From IMG/VR virus record IMGVR_UViG_3300033417_000029, positions 1-39,625 of that record: a DNA stretch of 39,625 bases. One strand, given 5' to 3'. This document shows positions 8,977 to 18,300 of this stretch, one piece after another. The position numbers were made by a program, and so were the translations under genes. The DNA comes from a virus. Taxonomy: Duplodnaviria > Caudoviricetes. The notes beneath the pieces are model-generated. The model saw nothing but the letters and a program-made list of their open reading frames with translations, searched no databases and was not told the origin of the DNA. The stretch's first letter is position 1; the number at the start of each line of letters is the position of its first letter.

Positions 8977-11772
8977 ATGGCACGAGACTCCGGCAAAAAT
9001 TTCAAAGAAATTATTCCAACACTGGGAATAAACACAGAAATCAGTGTCCGGGGTGATATGCGGTATTGTCAGGATGCGGAAAATGTCGATACCGGCGCAG
9101 AAGGTGCTGATATTGTAACCCGGGCTGGATATGTAGCGGCTGATGATGAATTTACACTTGATCTCGATATTGTCTATGAGTATCGTGACCCGGTATGGAA
9201 TAGAGATGTCTTACTGGTTTATCAGAAATCAACAGTTGTCGCAGACAGAAGGATTAGAGTTTTTACTAAAACACTCGGCAGTACCGGAGTTCTCACTCAT
9301 TATGGCGATTATGCGTTCGATAGCCTGGATGACAATCTTTTTTTCTTGCAGGTATTAAACACTGTCAGGATAGGAAATGGCACTGAAAACAATGCTTTGT
9401 TTGCCGGATACATCGACAGAACAGGTACTCAGGGCATGTTTGGCTTGGCTGATTTCGATACTGCCAATTTCCTAATTCTCAGACAGCAATGGGTACAGCA
9501 ACCACAACTATTTTCAGCCTGCTCTAAAATTATATGGGACAGTGTAAGATCGGTCTTTTATGTCCTCACACAAAGAGGACTGGAAATAAAGGACTCTGAT
9601 TTCTACACAATCAGGACTCTGGCAGACGTAGTTTTGACGCGCGGTTTTACTGCTGCCACCGATGCATCATTTAAATGCAATATTGCCTTTTCTGGCGATA
9701 ACCTATATGTCTGTGGCAAAGTAAAAGCGGCAGCATTAGGTACTACCAAGTTGGTTCAATATGATTGTGCAAATAATTACAAAGTACTGAACACAGTCGA
9801 CAAATCCGGAGGAGATTACATTCGTGCCGTCTGTACCGACGGTTCGTTTGTGTGGTTGATATGGACGGACGGTGGGACTTTTAACGGTCGCATCACGGAA
9901 TATGACGTGAATCTTGGCGGGGCCACTAACAGATACGCAAAAGCTACTGCTGAATTCATAGGCGCCGCTACTGACGGCACCAATGTTTTCACCGTGGATG
10001 AAGGCACCGGAGAAATAGTGGCCATGCTCGCTGCAAGCCCTTACACGGCTTCATTGTTCAGTCATGGAATTACTGTTAGCACTCAGTCCGGTGATATCGA
10101 TGTCGACGGCACTGACCTGTATTGGTGTGCTGATGACAACATTAGAAAGACAGATGTCAGTGATCCACACGGGACAGGAATGACCGGAACCGCAATCGTA
10201 CATACAGCGGATATTGGCAATATTAATGCCGTCAGTGTGACAAATGCCGTGCCTTACAGTAGTGAATATGGTAAAATCGTTTCTTTGAATAATACTACAT
10301 CATGGACAAAAACAGGTTACGTACCCGGTAAGGTTTATTTGAGACTGACAACCCCGGTTCAACCGACTGCAACGCCAGATTACACCTTATTTTACGGGGT
10401 GTCGTTTGTAGATATCGATGGCCAATTTTCCCATCTGATGCCGGGCCTGTCAATTGCAACCAATGATGCCAACCTTCCTGATTTTGAACTTATTCTATAT
10501 GCTGTGGCAGAGACATTTACGCTTGACAGCCCGTCTCAAGACCCTGCCACTGTCAATAGTATCTGGGGAATGTATAAACGCATAAAGACTGTGATTCTAT
10601 GGCGGGCTTATGCGGGCACTGATGATGCTCAGGAGCCGACAACAAACTATCGTTTCCATTCGAGTTATGATATCGATAGCAGCGACTGGGTAGTGAATAA
10701 TGTCTCAGGCTCCAATTATGATTATGCTTTCATAGCCGTTACAGAAACAACAACAGAATCAGAAATGGGTACGGTGAGCTTTGAGGAATTCACGGGACTA
10801 AAGGAGACACTCCGGCCATCATATACAAATTGGAAGTATGCTGTTTCACATCAGAACAGAACTTATTACGCGAACATAAGAACGACAGAGTTAAATACAT
10901 ACAAAGTCGTAAGGTCTGAAATAGATCAGCCTGATAGTTTCTGGGAAAGTTCAGGGAACTCTGTCATAATCATACCGGGAGATGGTGACGAAATAAAAGG
11001 TATTGCCAGCGTCTGGAACCGAGTGCTGGTAATGAAGTCCAGAAACTCGGTTTTATTGCTGGGGCTGATTGCCGAAAAGGAATATCAGGTTGGCTTGCAG
11101 GTTGCGCGTTCTCTCATTGTTGTTAATGACACAGTTTATTTTGTATTTGCTGATGGAATTTATGTCTTTGTTCCGCAAGGATTTCAGAGAATCTCACGTC
11201 CTGTCGATGCCAAATTGAAAACTTTTTCATTGACCGGTATGACGGCAGCCTGGTATCTTGAAAAAGATAAAATCATCTGGCACGTGCCTGAATCAAAGTC
11301 TTTTGTTTTCAATCGGGATCATGGCACATGGGATGTTTACAATTTTAACACCGGTACCCTGTTAATAAAACAGGTTGTCAGAGGTTTGAATCAAATTCTC
11401 CTGACTGAAACAACGAATAACAGGGTACATAAAATAAGTGGCAGTACTGATCTTTCTCAAAACATCCCGTTCTTTATCGAAACCAAAGAAGATACAACAA
11501 CAAGCCCGGCTATGGTGCATCAGTATCACAAGAACTATGTAACATATAAGTCTCCGGCTAGTTTGCAGTTGACTGCAACTGTGATAAATAGAAATGGTTC
11601 AAAGACAAATGCAGGAACATTGCCTGTAGCCAGTGCCTTGATTACTAATGAGACGTTTATGGCTGGGTTCTTTGGACATTCGATAAAGTACAGAATTGCA
11701 GGAACTGTTAATTCCGAAGCAAGAATAAGGTCGATTACATATAAATTCGGCGAGGGCAGAGATGAGTTATAA
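8977..11772 (+). CDS. Tail nozzle/hub (stabilization) protein
   Basis: About 930 aa; beta-propeller-like repeats; C-terminal GDGDEIKGI, VYFVFADGIY and RIS.PV motifs of podovirus nozzle proteins; ATG at 8977. Confidence 0.7.
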   Translation: MARDSGKNFKEIIPTLGINTEISVRGDMRYCQDAENVDTGAEGADIVTRAGYVAADDEFTLDLDIVYEYRDPVWNRDVLLVYQKSTVVADRRIRVFTKTLGSTGVLTHYGDYAFDSLDDNLFFLQVLNTVRIGNGTENNALFAGYIDRTGTQGMFGLADFDTANFLILRQQWVQQPQLFSACSKIIWDSVRSVFYVLTQRGLEIKDSDFYTIRTLADVVLTRGFTAATDASFKCNIAFSGDNLYVCGKVKAAALGTTKLVQYDCANNYKVLNTVDKSGGDYIRAVCTDGSFVWLIWTDGGTFNGRITEYDVNLGGATNRYAKATAEFIGAATDGTNVFTVDEGTGEIVAMLAASPYTASLFSHGITVSTQSGDIDVDGTDLYWCADDNIRKTDVSDPHGTGMTGTAIVHTADIGNINAVSVTNAVPYSSEYGKIVSLNNTTSWTKTGYVPGKVYLRLTTPVQPTATPDYTLFYGVSFVDIDGQFSHLMPGLSIATNDANLPDFELILYAVAETFTLDSPSQDPATVNSIWGMYKRIKTVILWRAYAGTDDAQEPTTNYRFHSSYDIDSSDWVVNNVSGSNYDYAFIAVTETTTESEMGTVSFEEFTGLKETLRPSYTNWKYAVSHQNRTYYANIRTTELNTYKVVRSEIDQPDSFWESSGNSVIIIPGDGDEIKGIASVWNRVLVMKSRNSVLLLGLIAEKEYQVGLQVARSLIVVNDTVYFVFADGIYVFVPQGFQRISRPVDAKLKTFSLTGMTAAWYLEKDKIIWHVPESKSFVFNRDHGTWDVYNFNTGTLLIKQVVRGLNQILLTETTNNRVHKISGSTDLSQNIPFFIETKEDTTTSPAMVHQYHKNYVTYKSPASLQLTATVINRNGSKTNAGTLPVASALITNETFMAGFFGHSIKYRIAGTVNSEARIRSITYKFGEGRDEL

Positions 11773-12007
11773 ATTTCTTGAAAAAGTTGACCTGCCAAAA
11801 GCTATAGCAGAAATTGAAGATAACTACGCTGACGCTGCTACTGTTAAGAAAAAACAGGATATGATCAGTGTCCTCTCGTCAAAAGCACCGTCTATAAAAG
11901 ATATGAAAAACGGTGAAGTCATCGAGTACGATGACGGCGCCAATACATGGACTTACAAAAAGATTGGTGGCAGGCTGTTCAAAACACAATGGACGGAGGT
12001 TTCATAA
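11762..12007 (+). CDS. Small tail-associated protein
   Basis: Overlaps both neighbours in the same operon. Confidence 0.6.
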   Translation: MSYKFLEKVDLPKAIAEIEDNYADAATVKKKQDMISVLSSKAPSIKDMKNGEVIEYDDGANTWTYKKIGGRLFKTQWTEVS

Positions 12008-12504
12008 TGGCATTCCCTATTGGTTTGGGATTAGCGGGTATTGGTTTTGCCGGATCATTGTTGAGTGGTAGAAGTGAAGGACGTTCTTCTGAAATCGATT
12101 CCCTGATCAAACAAATGATACAACGCAGTCGGGGGCTGACCCCGGAGCGCAGGGCCAAGATACTCGAACAATCCGAGAAAAGACTGACTCAGGACTTTAT
12201 GGCTCTGTCAGAACAGGGCCGGGCTGCAATCGAGCGCAGTGGCGGCGGCTCGGCAAGAGAAGTTGGGTTTATTGGAGACCTTGCTAGTAAGCGTTTCGGT
12301 GCTTTAGGGGATATTTCTCTGGGTATAGAGAATCTCGATCAACAATTCCGGGATCAATCACAGGAGCAACTGATAAGGTTATTGCTTCACCAGGATGAAG
12401 TTGAAAGAGGCCGAAATAAAGGCGCGGCATTTTCACAACTATTCGGGGCCGGGTTGAATTTGGCACTGACGCCGAGGGCAAAAGAGACACGGAGTTTTGA
12501 CTAA
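12007..12504 (+). CDS. Ejection/internal virion protein (putative)
   Basis: TAATG overlap; Gly-rich hydrophobic N-terminus followed by a helical body. Confidence 0.55.
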   Translation: MAFPIGLGLAGIGFAGSLLSGRSEGRSSEIDSLIKQMIQRSRGLTPERRAKILEQSEKRLTQDFMALSEQGRAAIERSGGGSAREVGFIGDLASKRFGALGDISLGIENLDQQFRDQSQEQLIRLLLHQDEVERGRNKGAAFSQLFGAGLNLALTPRAKETRSFD

Positions 12505-12505
12505 A

Positions 12506-13741
12506 ATGGCACTCGATGATTTGATTGGCGCACTTGCCCAAGTAACAAATAGGCAAGTTGCTTTGAGAGATCAGCAGAATCAAACGGCCCAGGCTTTGGA
12601 ACGAATACGCGAAGAGCGTGAATTTCAACAGCAACTTGCTGAAGATGAGCAATTTTTCAGAGCCGGGCTTCAAAAACAAAGGACAGATGCCGAAAAAGAA
12701 ATTCAGAAATTTGTACAGGGTGAAATAAGCCATCGTGAAGGGCAGAAATTATCTGAAGAAAAAAGACAAAACAATATCAGGCTCGAAGGAATAAGGGCAG
12801 ATAAGCAAAGATTCGACGAAAAAGAACGCGCTGAAAGAACCAGGATAAAAACAAAAAACACTGCTGAACAATGGTCTGCTTTATTACAACAATACCAGAA
12901 TAGCTTACTCGAAGGTGACGAACGTACACAGAAAGCCTTGCTCAACGCATTGAATGTTTTATCTGAAGAAGCCAGACGTGACCCAGAGATCAAATTTGAT
13001 GTCGATCCAATAACTTTGGAACCCGTAGAGCCGGAAGCTGAAGGCGATGCCGCAGCGGCTAAGGACCTGGCTGAATCACTGGCTAAAAAGAGTAGTAGCG
13101 GTTCGTTCTCTTTAAAAGAGTTCTTTGCTCCGGCTATAAAAAATATCACTACTGAATTTGATGAAGCAGTGCAAGGACTCAGTACTCCGTCAAAAGCCAC
13201 AGGATCAGCAATAGGTGCCGGTCTAAACACAAAAGGTATTACCGGACGCAAGGAAGCTACATTCGTGGAAAGATTCGAAGCCGGTGAAACTCCGGCTTCT
13301 GCACTGAATATCAAAGGTTTTGCAGGCACTGTTGTCGATACTATAGTTGATCCACTGAATTTATTAGGTATTGCCAAAGCTCCGAGAATAGCGGGCTTGC
13401 TAAAATCAGGCGAGAAAATTGTAGACGTAGAAAAGAAAATCAAGGGCTTGCTCGGGCCTGCTAAATCAGCATTAAATGAAGCCGTATCACAAAAGTTATT
13501 GCCTCCTGCATCCTTACAAGCGCGATCAGGCCAGTTACAAAACCTAATATCCGCTTTCGTAAAAGAACTGGCGGAACGAAGGAAGTCTATCAATATTGAC
13601 AATGTCGAAGATATTGTCAAAGAAATAAAACTTTTGCCTGCACCGACTATTCAGGCGAGTGCAAAGCAATTGCAAGAGCTTGTTCTTGATTTCATCAGAC
13701 AAAATACACACGGAAGTATCAGTAACCTGGGCGCTCGATGA
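12506..13741 (+). CDS. Ejection/internal virion protein (putative)
   Basis: Q/E/R-rich coiled coil; DPLNL motif; position after the nozzle. Confidence 0.55.
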   Translation: MALDDLIGALAQVTNRQVALRDQQNQTAQALERIREEREFQQQLAEDEQFFRAGLQKQRTDAEKEIQKFVQGEISHREGQKLSEEKRQNNIRLEGIRADKQRFDEKERAERTRIKTKNTAEQWSALLQQYQNSLLEGDERTQKALLNALNVLSEEARRDPEIKFDVDPITLEPVEPEAEGDAAAAKDLAESLAKKSSSGSFSLKEFFAPAIKNITTEFDEAVQGLSTPSKATGSAIGAGLNTKGITGRKEATFVERFEAGETPASALNIKGFAGTVVDTIVDPLNLLGIAKAPRIAGLLKSGEKIVDVEKKIKGLLGPAKSALNEAVSQKLLPPASLQARSGQLQNLISAFVKELAERRKSINIDNVEDIVKEIKLLPAPTIQASAKQLQELVLDFIRQNTHGSISNLGAR

Positions 13742-16320
13742 GTCTGTCAAATGAATTTCCACAAGCTCTTGATACAATAGAAGAGCTGAGACAGAAAGGG
13801 ATTAAAGACAATATCATTCGCAGGGCCTTGCTCGGTTCCGGATTTAAACCCAGAATTGGTAAGCAACAAGACCTTACCTTCACTCAGGCAGTAACAAAGA
13901 ATATTGTCGATGCTTCTACTCCTATCAGCGACGCCTTGGCCAAGGTACCTGTAATTGGTGGTGTACTCGAAGCATTTTCGCGTCCGCTAGGAATATTTAC
14001 CGAGGTATTGGACTTGCCGCAAGATCTCGCAACTGCTGCCATTTCTCCTGATGAAGGTGGGTTCAAACAAACTCTCGCACGCGGGAAGGACCCTTCTGAA
14101 GCGTTGGGAATAGAGAACCCAATCGGAGCTTTTGCTGCTGATGTAATTTTAGATCCGATCAACTTAATTACCGGAGCCAACATAGCGAAGGCTTCAAAGC
14201 TGATAAAAGGAATAGAACAAGCCCCAGCAGCGGGGAAACTGGCGAAGTTGAGTATTAGTACTCCAGAACAAGCTGCTGCAAAGCCGGCATCAAAGGTTTT
14301 TCAAATCGATGACTTTACAGAAGGAATTCCAGTAGTAAACACACCAACAGCAGAAAAAGTAGGTGCCGCCTTTACTGAGCTGGTGGCAAAAGGAAGAAGA
14401 GAATATTATAAACCAAAGGATGGAATACGCTTCTACACTCAAGTGATTGGCGCCATTAATGATGGACAGATATCTTTAAAAGACCTTGCAACTAAATCAG
14501 GTCTCAAGGAAGTCGATGTTATCGAAGATGTTGTCAGGGCTTTCGAGGGAGCGAGTGACATAGGACGTAAGCTCAATGAATTCAAGCAGCTTTCCGACCA
14601 GGTAAAAGTATTCGCCAGGAGCAAGGGCCTGCCTCCTGAAGCGGAGGCATTGCTGAGACAAACAAATGCCATCGAACCGGAAAGCTTATTTTCAAGATTT
14701 TACGGCTCGATCGTAAATACGCTGTGGCGGGGTTCTTTGACAAGCCAGTACTCGACAGCCGCCAGAAATGCTATTTCACAAGGCGGTAGAGTTGGGCTTG
14801 ATGTACTACAGAATGCTATGGACTCGATGATACAAAGCATTCCCGGCATTCAGAGAAAGGCACACTTTTCGGATTCCTTTAATACCGTGCTGAGGCTGTT
14901 CAGCAAAAATAAGGACGTAACTAATAAGATTCTGGATAAGTTTCCCGAGTACCAAAAAATTTTACAACAGAACCTTTTGTCTGATATCAATATTGCCAGC
15001 GGTGGCACTAAAGCAGAAAAAGGTGTGCAGGCCTGGACAAGGGCAATAAACACAGCAAATATATTTCAGGAGAATATTTTCAGAAGAGCCATATTTCAGG
15101 GCGAGTTACAGCGCCTTATTCCTGATCTTCAAAATATCATTGCTCAAAACAGGATTGGAGATATTTCCAAAGATGCTTTAAAGAAGGCAGCCGATAAAGC
15201 CCTGGAACTGACCTGGGCCAATTCACCAAAGTCAAAGATAGCACAATCCTTTATCAAGTTCGTCCACAGCGTTCCGGGTGGTACTATTGCAGTCCCGTTC
15301 CCCAGATTTATGATGAACTCGATGAAATTCTTCTGGGACTTCTCGCCTACAGGTGCACTCAAACTTTTTAAGCCTGGCTCTGCTGGAGAATGGGCAAAGA
15401 TTCTGAAGGGAGATACAGGGGTATTGTCAAGGGCTGTGTTGGGGTCGGGTATGCTCGGTGCGGGCTGGCAGTTACGCAATTCAGAACATGCTGGCGAAAA
15501 ATGGTATGAGATGAAAGCGGGTGGACGTGTTTTCGATATCAGACCGTTCAACCCGTTTGCCGCCTATGTGTTCATTGCTGATTTGGCTAAAAGGCAGAGA
15601 GATGGTACATTGACAAACCTAAAGACAAGTGATTTGCTGCAAGGCATTCTTTCGACGAATATGCGGGCCGGTACGGGCTTATTCATAGCAGATGAATTGA
15701 TGGGGGCCATTGCAGGCATAAAATCAGGAGAGAAGTTCGAGCAGAAAGCTCAAGAGTTTGTTGGACAATTCGGTCGTGGGTTTTTTCTGCCATTGCAACA
15801 AATAACAGATGTTATTGCAGAGTTCGATGAATCTTTACGCGTTCAACGAGACACCCGGACCGAGCCTTTGTTCGGGCCTATCAAATCCACAATTCCCGGA
15901 CTTGCACAAACATTGCCGGAAAGAGAATCACCAACAAGGGCAGCCACACCGGAAATAGTAAGCCCTCTATTTAAACAATTGACAGGCCTGCGCGCGATAC
16001 AGGAAAAGAATCCTGCTGAGAAAGAACTCGATCGATTGGGTTTTGAAAGTCGTGAGATATTATCATCGACAGGTAACCGTGAAGCTGACCGGCTCATGGC
16101 AAAGAACCTGGGGCCACTTATCGAAACCAGCCTTGTCAGATACATAAAAAGCGAACCATATCAAAGATTATCTGATGTACAAAAAGGAGCGCTGTTGAGG
16201 AGATACATGATCAAGCTCCGGGCTGTGGCCAAGCGCAGAAGTATTGGCGAGAATCCTGCACTTTTCAGGCAACTTGCCAAAGAACGTGCACCTTTAAGAG
16301 AACGATTAGCAAGAGAATGA
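13738..16320 (+). CDS. Large ejection (DNA transfer) protein (putative)
   Basis: 860 aa, helical; DPINL and VPFPRFM motifs typical of large podovirus internal proteins. Confidence 0.6.
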   Translation: MSLSNEFPQALDTIEELRQKGIKDNIIRRALLGSGFKPRIGKQQDLTFTQAVTKNIVDASTPISDALAKVPVIGGVLEAFSRPLGIFTEVLDLPQDLATAAISPDEGGFKQTLARGKDPSEALGIENPIGAFAADVILDPINLITGANIAKASKLIKGIEQAPAAGKLAKLSISTPEQAAAKPASKVFQIDDFTEGIPVVNTPTAEKVGAAFTELVAKGRREYYKPKDGIRFYTQVIGAINDGQISLKDLATKSGLKEVDVIEDVVRAFEGASDIGRKLNEFKQLSDQVKVFARSKGLPPEAEALLRQTNAIEPESLFSRFYGSIVNTLWRGSLTSQYSTAARNAISQGGRVGLDVLQNAMDSMIQSIPGIQRKAHFSDSFNTVLRLFSKNKDVTNKILDKFPEYQKILQQNLLSDINIASGGTKAEKGVQAWTRAINTANIFQENIFRRAIFQGELQRLIPDLQNIIAQNRIGDISKDALKKAADKALELTWANSPKSKIAQSFIKFVHSVPGGTIAVPFPRFMMNSMKFFWDFSPTGALKLFKPGSAGEWAKILKGDTGVLSRAVLGSGMLGAGWQLRNSEHAGEKWYEMKAGGRVFDIRPFNPFAAYVFIADLAKRQRDGTLTNLKTSDLLQGILSTNMRAGTGLFIADELMGAIAGIKSGEKFEQKAQEFVGQFGRGFFLPLQQITDVIAEFDESLRVQRDTRTEPLFGPIKSTIPGLAQTLPERESPTRAATPEIVSPLFKQLTGLRAIQEKNPAEKELDRLGFESREILSSTGNREADRLMAKNLGPLIETSLVRYIKSEPYQRLSDVQKGALLRRYMIKLRAVAKRRSIGENPALFRQLAKERAPLRERLARE

Positions 16321-16730
16321 AAATGCAAAAAGAAACAAAACCACTTTTCAATACCGACCTTACAAATTTTGACTGGGCGTGGTCGGACTCGAACTCTAAA
16401 GAAAGCGAACTTATTAAGAGTTATTCAGAATCGCATAATCAGGGTCTTGCCTCCGGTATTGTTTCCCTGACAACGGTTGCGGGGGCTGCGACTATAACGG
16501 TAAAATGTAAACTCGCATTTCGGCAAGGGACTGTATTTGCGTATTCGAAAGAATACACAGTTGAAGATGAGAATGGAGTTGATCTTACATTCAATAGCGG
16601 TGTAGCCGGAGCTGTTGATTTCAATCTGTACGATCAAGCTTGGTGGAAGCCAAACAACGGTTTTAAAATTCTCCTGTCAGGCAATACCGGATTAAGCCTT
16701 GCAGGTACAGCATCCATTATTTTACTCTAA
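16317..16730 (+). CDS. Small beta-rich virion protein (putative)
   Basis: ATGA overlap; located in the tail module. Confidence 0.55.
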   Translation: MKMQKETKPLFNTDLTNFDWAWSDSNSKESELIKSYSESHNQGLASGIVSLTTVAGAATITVKCKLAFRQGTVFAYSKEYTVEDENGVDLTFNSGVAGAVDFNLYDQAWWKPNNGFKILLSGNTGLSLAGTASIILL

Positions 16731-16740
16731 GGGAATTCAA

Positions 16741-17277
16741 ATGAAAAATTTCTTTATCCTTCTCCTGCTTTGGTATGGGGTAGCGCAGGCACAGCCTGGC
16801 GTTGTGCAAGGGCAAAAGTCAACAGAAGTCAAACTTTTAACTGATGTGGATTTGACCGGTCCTGCAACAATTACAACTCCGTTTGTCGTCTTTGATCACA
16901 GACAATACGGCACATTACTTTGGAAAATAGAAACAGATTCCACCTATTACATTGACGTTCTTGAAGCAGCAGATTCTCTTGACTGTACGATCAACGCCAT
17001 TCTTTTTACAGTAACAGAAGCAGGTACGAACCTGTTCTCCTGGGTACGCGATACCACAAATGGATATAAAAGGCAGGGGGGGGCCAATCTGACTACAATT
17101 ACAGTGACAGATACTTCAAATTTAGGTAGACAATGGTTTCCGTTACAGGGAATAGCAAACCCGATTTCTCCTACTTATGGTATCAAATTCGAAATCGTCA
17201 AAGGGGCAAATCATCTTACTGGTAGCCCGGCAAAGAGCTTGAAAATGAGTTTGATATTCAGATACCAGGCCGGATAA
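16741..17277 (+). CDS. Tail-module protein with a signal peptide
   Basis: MKNFFILLLLWYGVAQA|Q; ATG at 16741. Confidence 0.7.
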   Translation: MKNFFILLLLWYGVAQAQPGVVQGQKSTEVKLLTDVDLTGPATITTPFVVFDHRQYGTLLWKIETDSTYYIDVLEAADSLDCTINAILFTVTEAGTNLFSWVRDTTNGYKRQGGANLTTITVTDTSNLGRQWFPLQGIANPISPTYGIKFEIVKGANHLTGSPAKSLKMSLIFRYQAG

Positions 17278-18300
17278 ATGAGAAAAATACTTACAATTCT
17301 TCTGTGTTTGATTTCTGTGCAATGTTTTGCACAGAAGAAAGTACAGGAACGCGATTTAAGTCCTGACTTAAAAAGGCAATTGATAGATAGCGCACAAGAA
17401 GAGACTGGTTGGCAGGACGATGGTACATTAGTCAGACTCGTAGCTCTTACTGATAAAGTAGGTATTGGTATTGCGGTTCCCTTAACCAATCTCCATATTT
17501 ATAGTTCTATAGATGCTGAACCTGTATTTACAATTGAAAACGTAAATGCTTCAGATCTGGGCGGAATCCTTAAATTCTATCATAATTCAACTTCTCCTGA
17601 AAATGATGACCGGTTAGGAGAATTCATTTTTGATGGTAATGACGGTGCAGGAGTGGCAACAACTTATGCGGGTATGCGAGCTTACTCACAAGATACCAGC
17701 CGAACTGCTGAAGATGGAAAGTTGGAGTTTTATGTATTTCAAGATGCAGTACCTTCGAATATGTTACTTATTGAAGGTAAACCTGCGAGCGGTACCGCGA
17801 ATATTACACTCGGTGGAGCTACCGGAACGGTACATAAACCGAGTCGTCATGATTTTGATGCGCTAGCCTTTAAAAAACATACGAACATTACTGAAGTAGA
17901 GATTCATCCCTTTGAAGATGCTATTCTTTTTCCTGATGGAACAGATACAGTAAGTATAAAATTGAGACTTTCAGAATTTTTTACCGCTATAGATTCTATA
18001 GAAGTCTGGATATCCCCTACATCAACAACCAATGGTACTTTTGGCTTTGATTTACAGTACCAAATCCGAGGCTATAATGATGCATTCAGTGAAAGTTCTT
18101 TCGATTTTGCAACCGTTTCTGATACTGTCCAGTTACCAAATCCGCATGCGGCTAAAATATTTGAAAGATTGGTATTCACGAATTTTGTCTCTCTCAATCC
18201 GGGTGAATTTCTTGTACTGCTCTTGATAAGAGATAATACAGGTGAAGGAGATATTTCAGAAAGTGTTTACTTCAGGGAGATGTGCGTTTATGACAGGTAA
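17278..18300 (+). CDS. Tail fibre/spike-like protein with a signal peptide
   Basis: MRKILTILLCLISVQCFA|Q; fibre-type motif GWQDDGTLVRL...DKVGIG...P...LHI. Confidence 0.7.
   Translation: MRKILTILLCLISVQCFAQKKVQERDLSPDLKRQLIDSAQEETGWQDDGTLVRLVALTDKVGIGIAVPLTNLHIYSSIDAEPVFTIENVNASDLGGILKFYHNSTSPENDDRLGEFIFDGNDGAGVATTYAGMRAYSQDTSRTAEDGKLEFYVFQDAVPSNMLLIEGKPASGTANITLGGATGTVHKPSRHDFDALAFKKHTNITEVEIHPFEDAILFPDGTDTVSIKLRLSEFFTAIDSIEVWISPTSTTNGTFGFDLQYQIRGYNDAFSESSFDFATVSDTVQLPNPHAAKIFERLVFTNFVSLNPGEFLVLLLIRDNTGEGDISESVYFREMCVYDR

Noticed and set aside
12703-13620. 305-aa antisense ORF and other long shadow ORFs in the structural block
   Set aside because: They lie fully opposite well-supported genes and have Ser/Phe-rich shadow composition.
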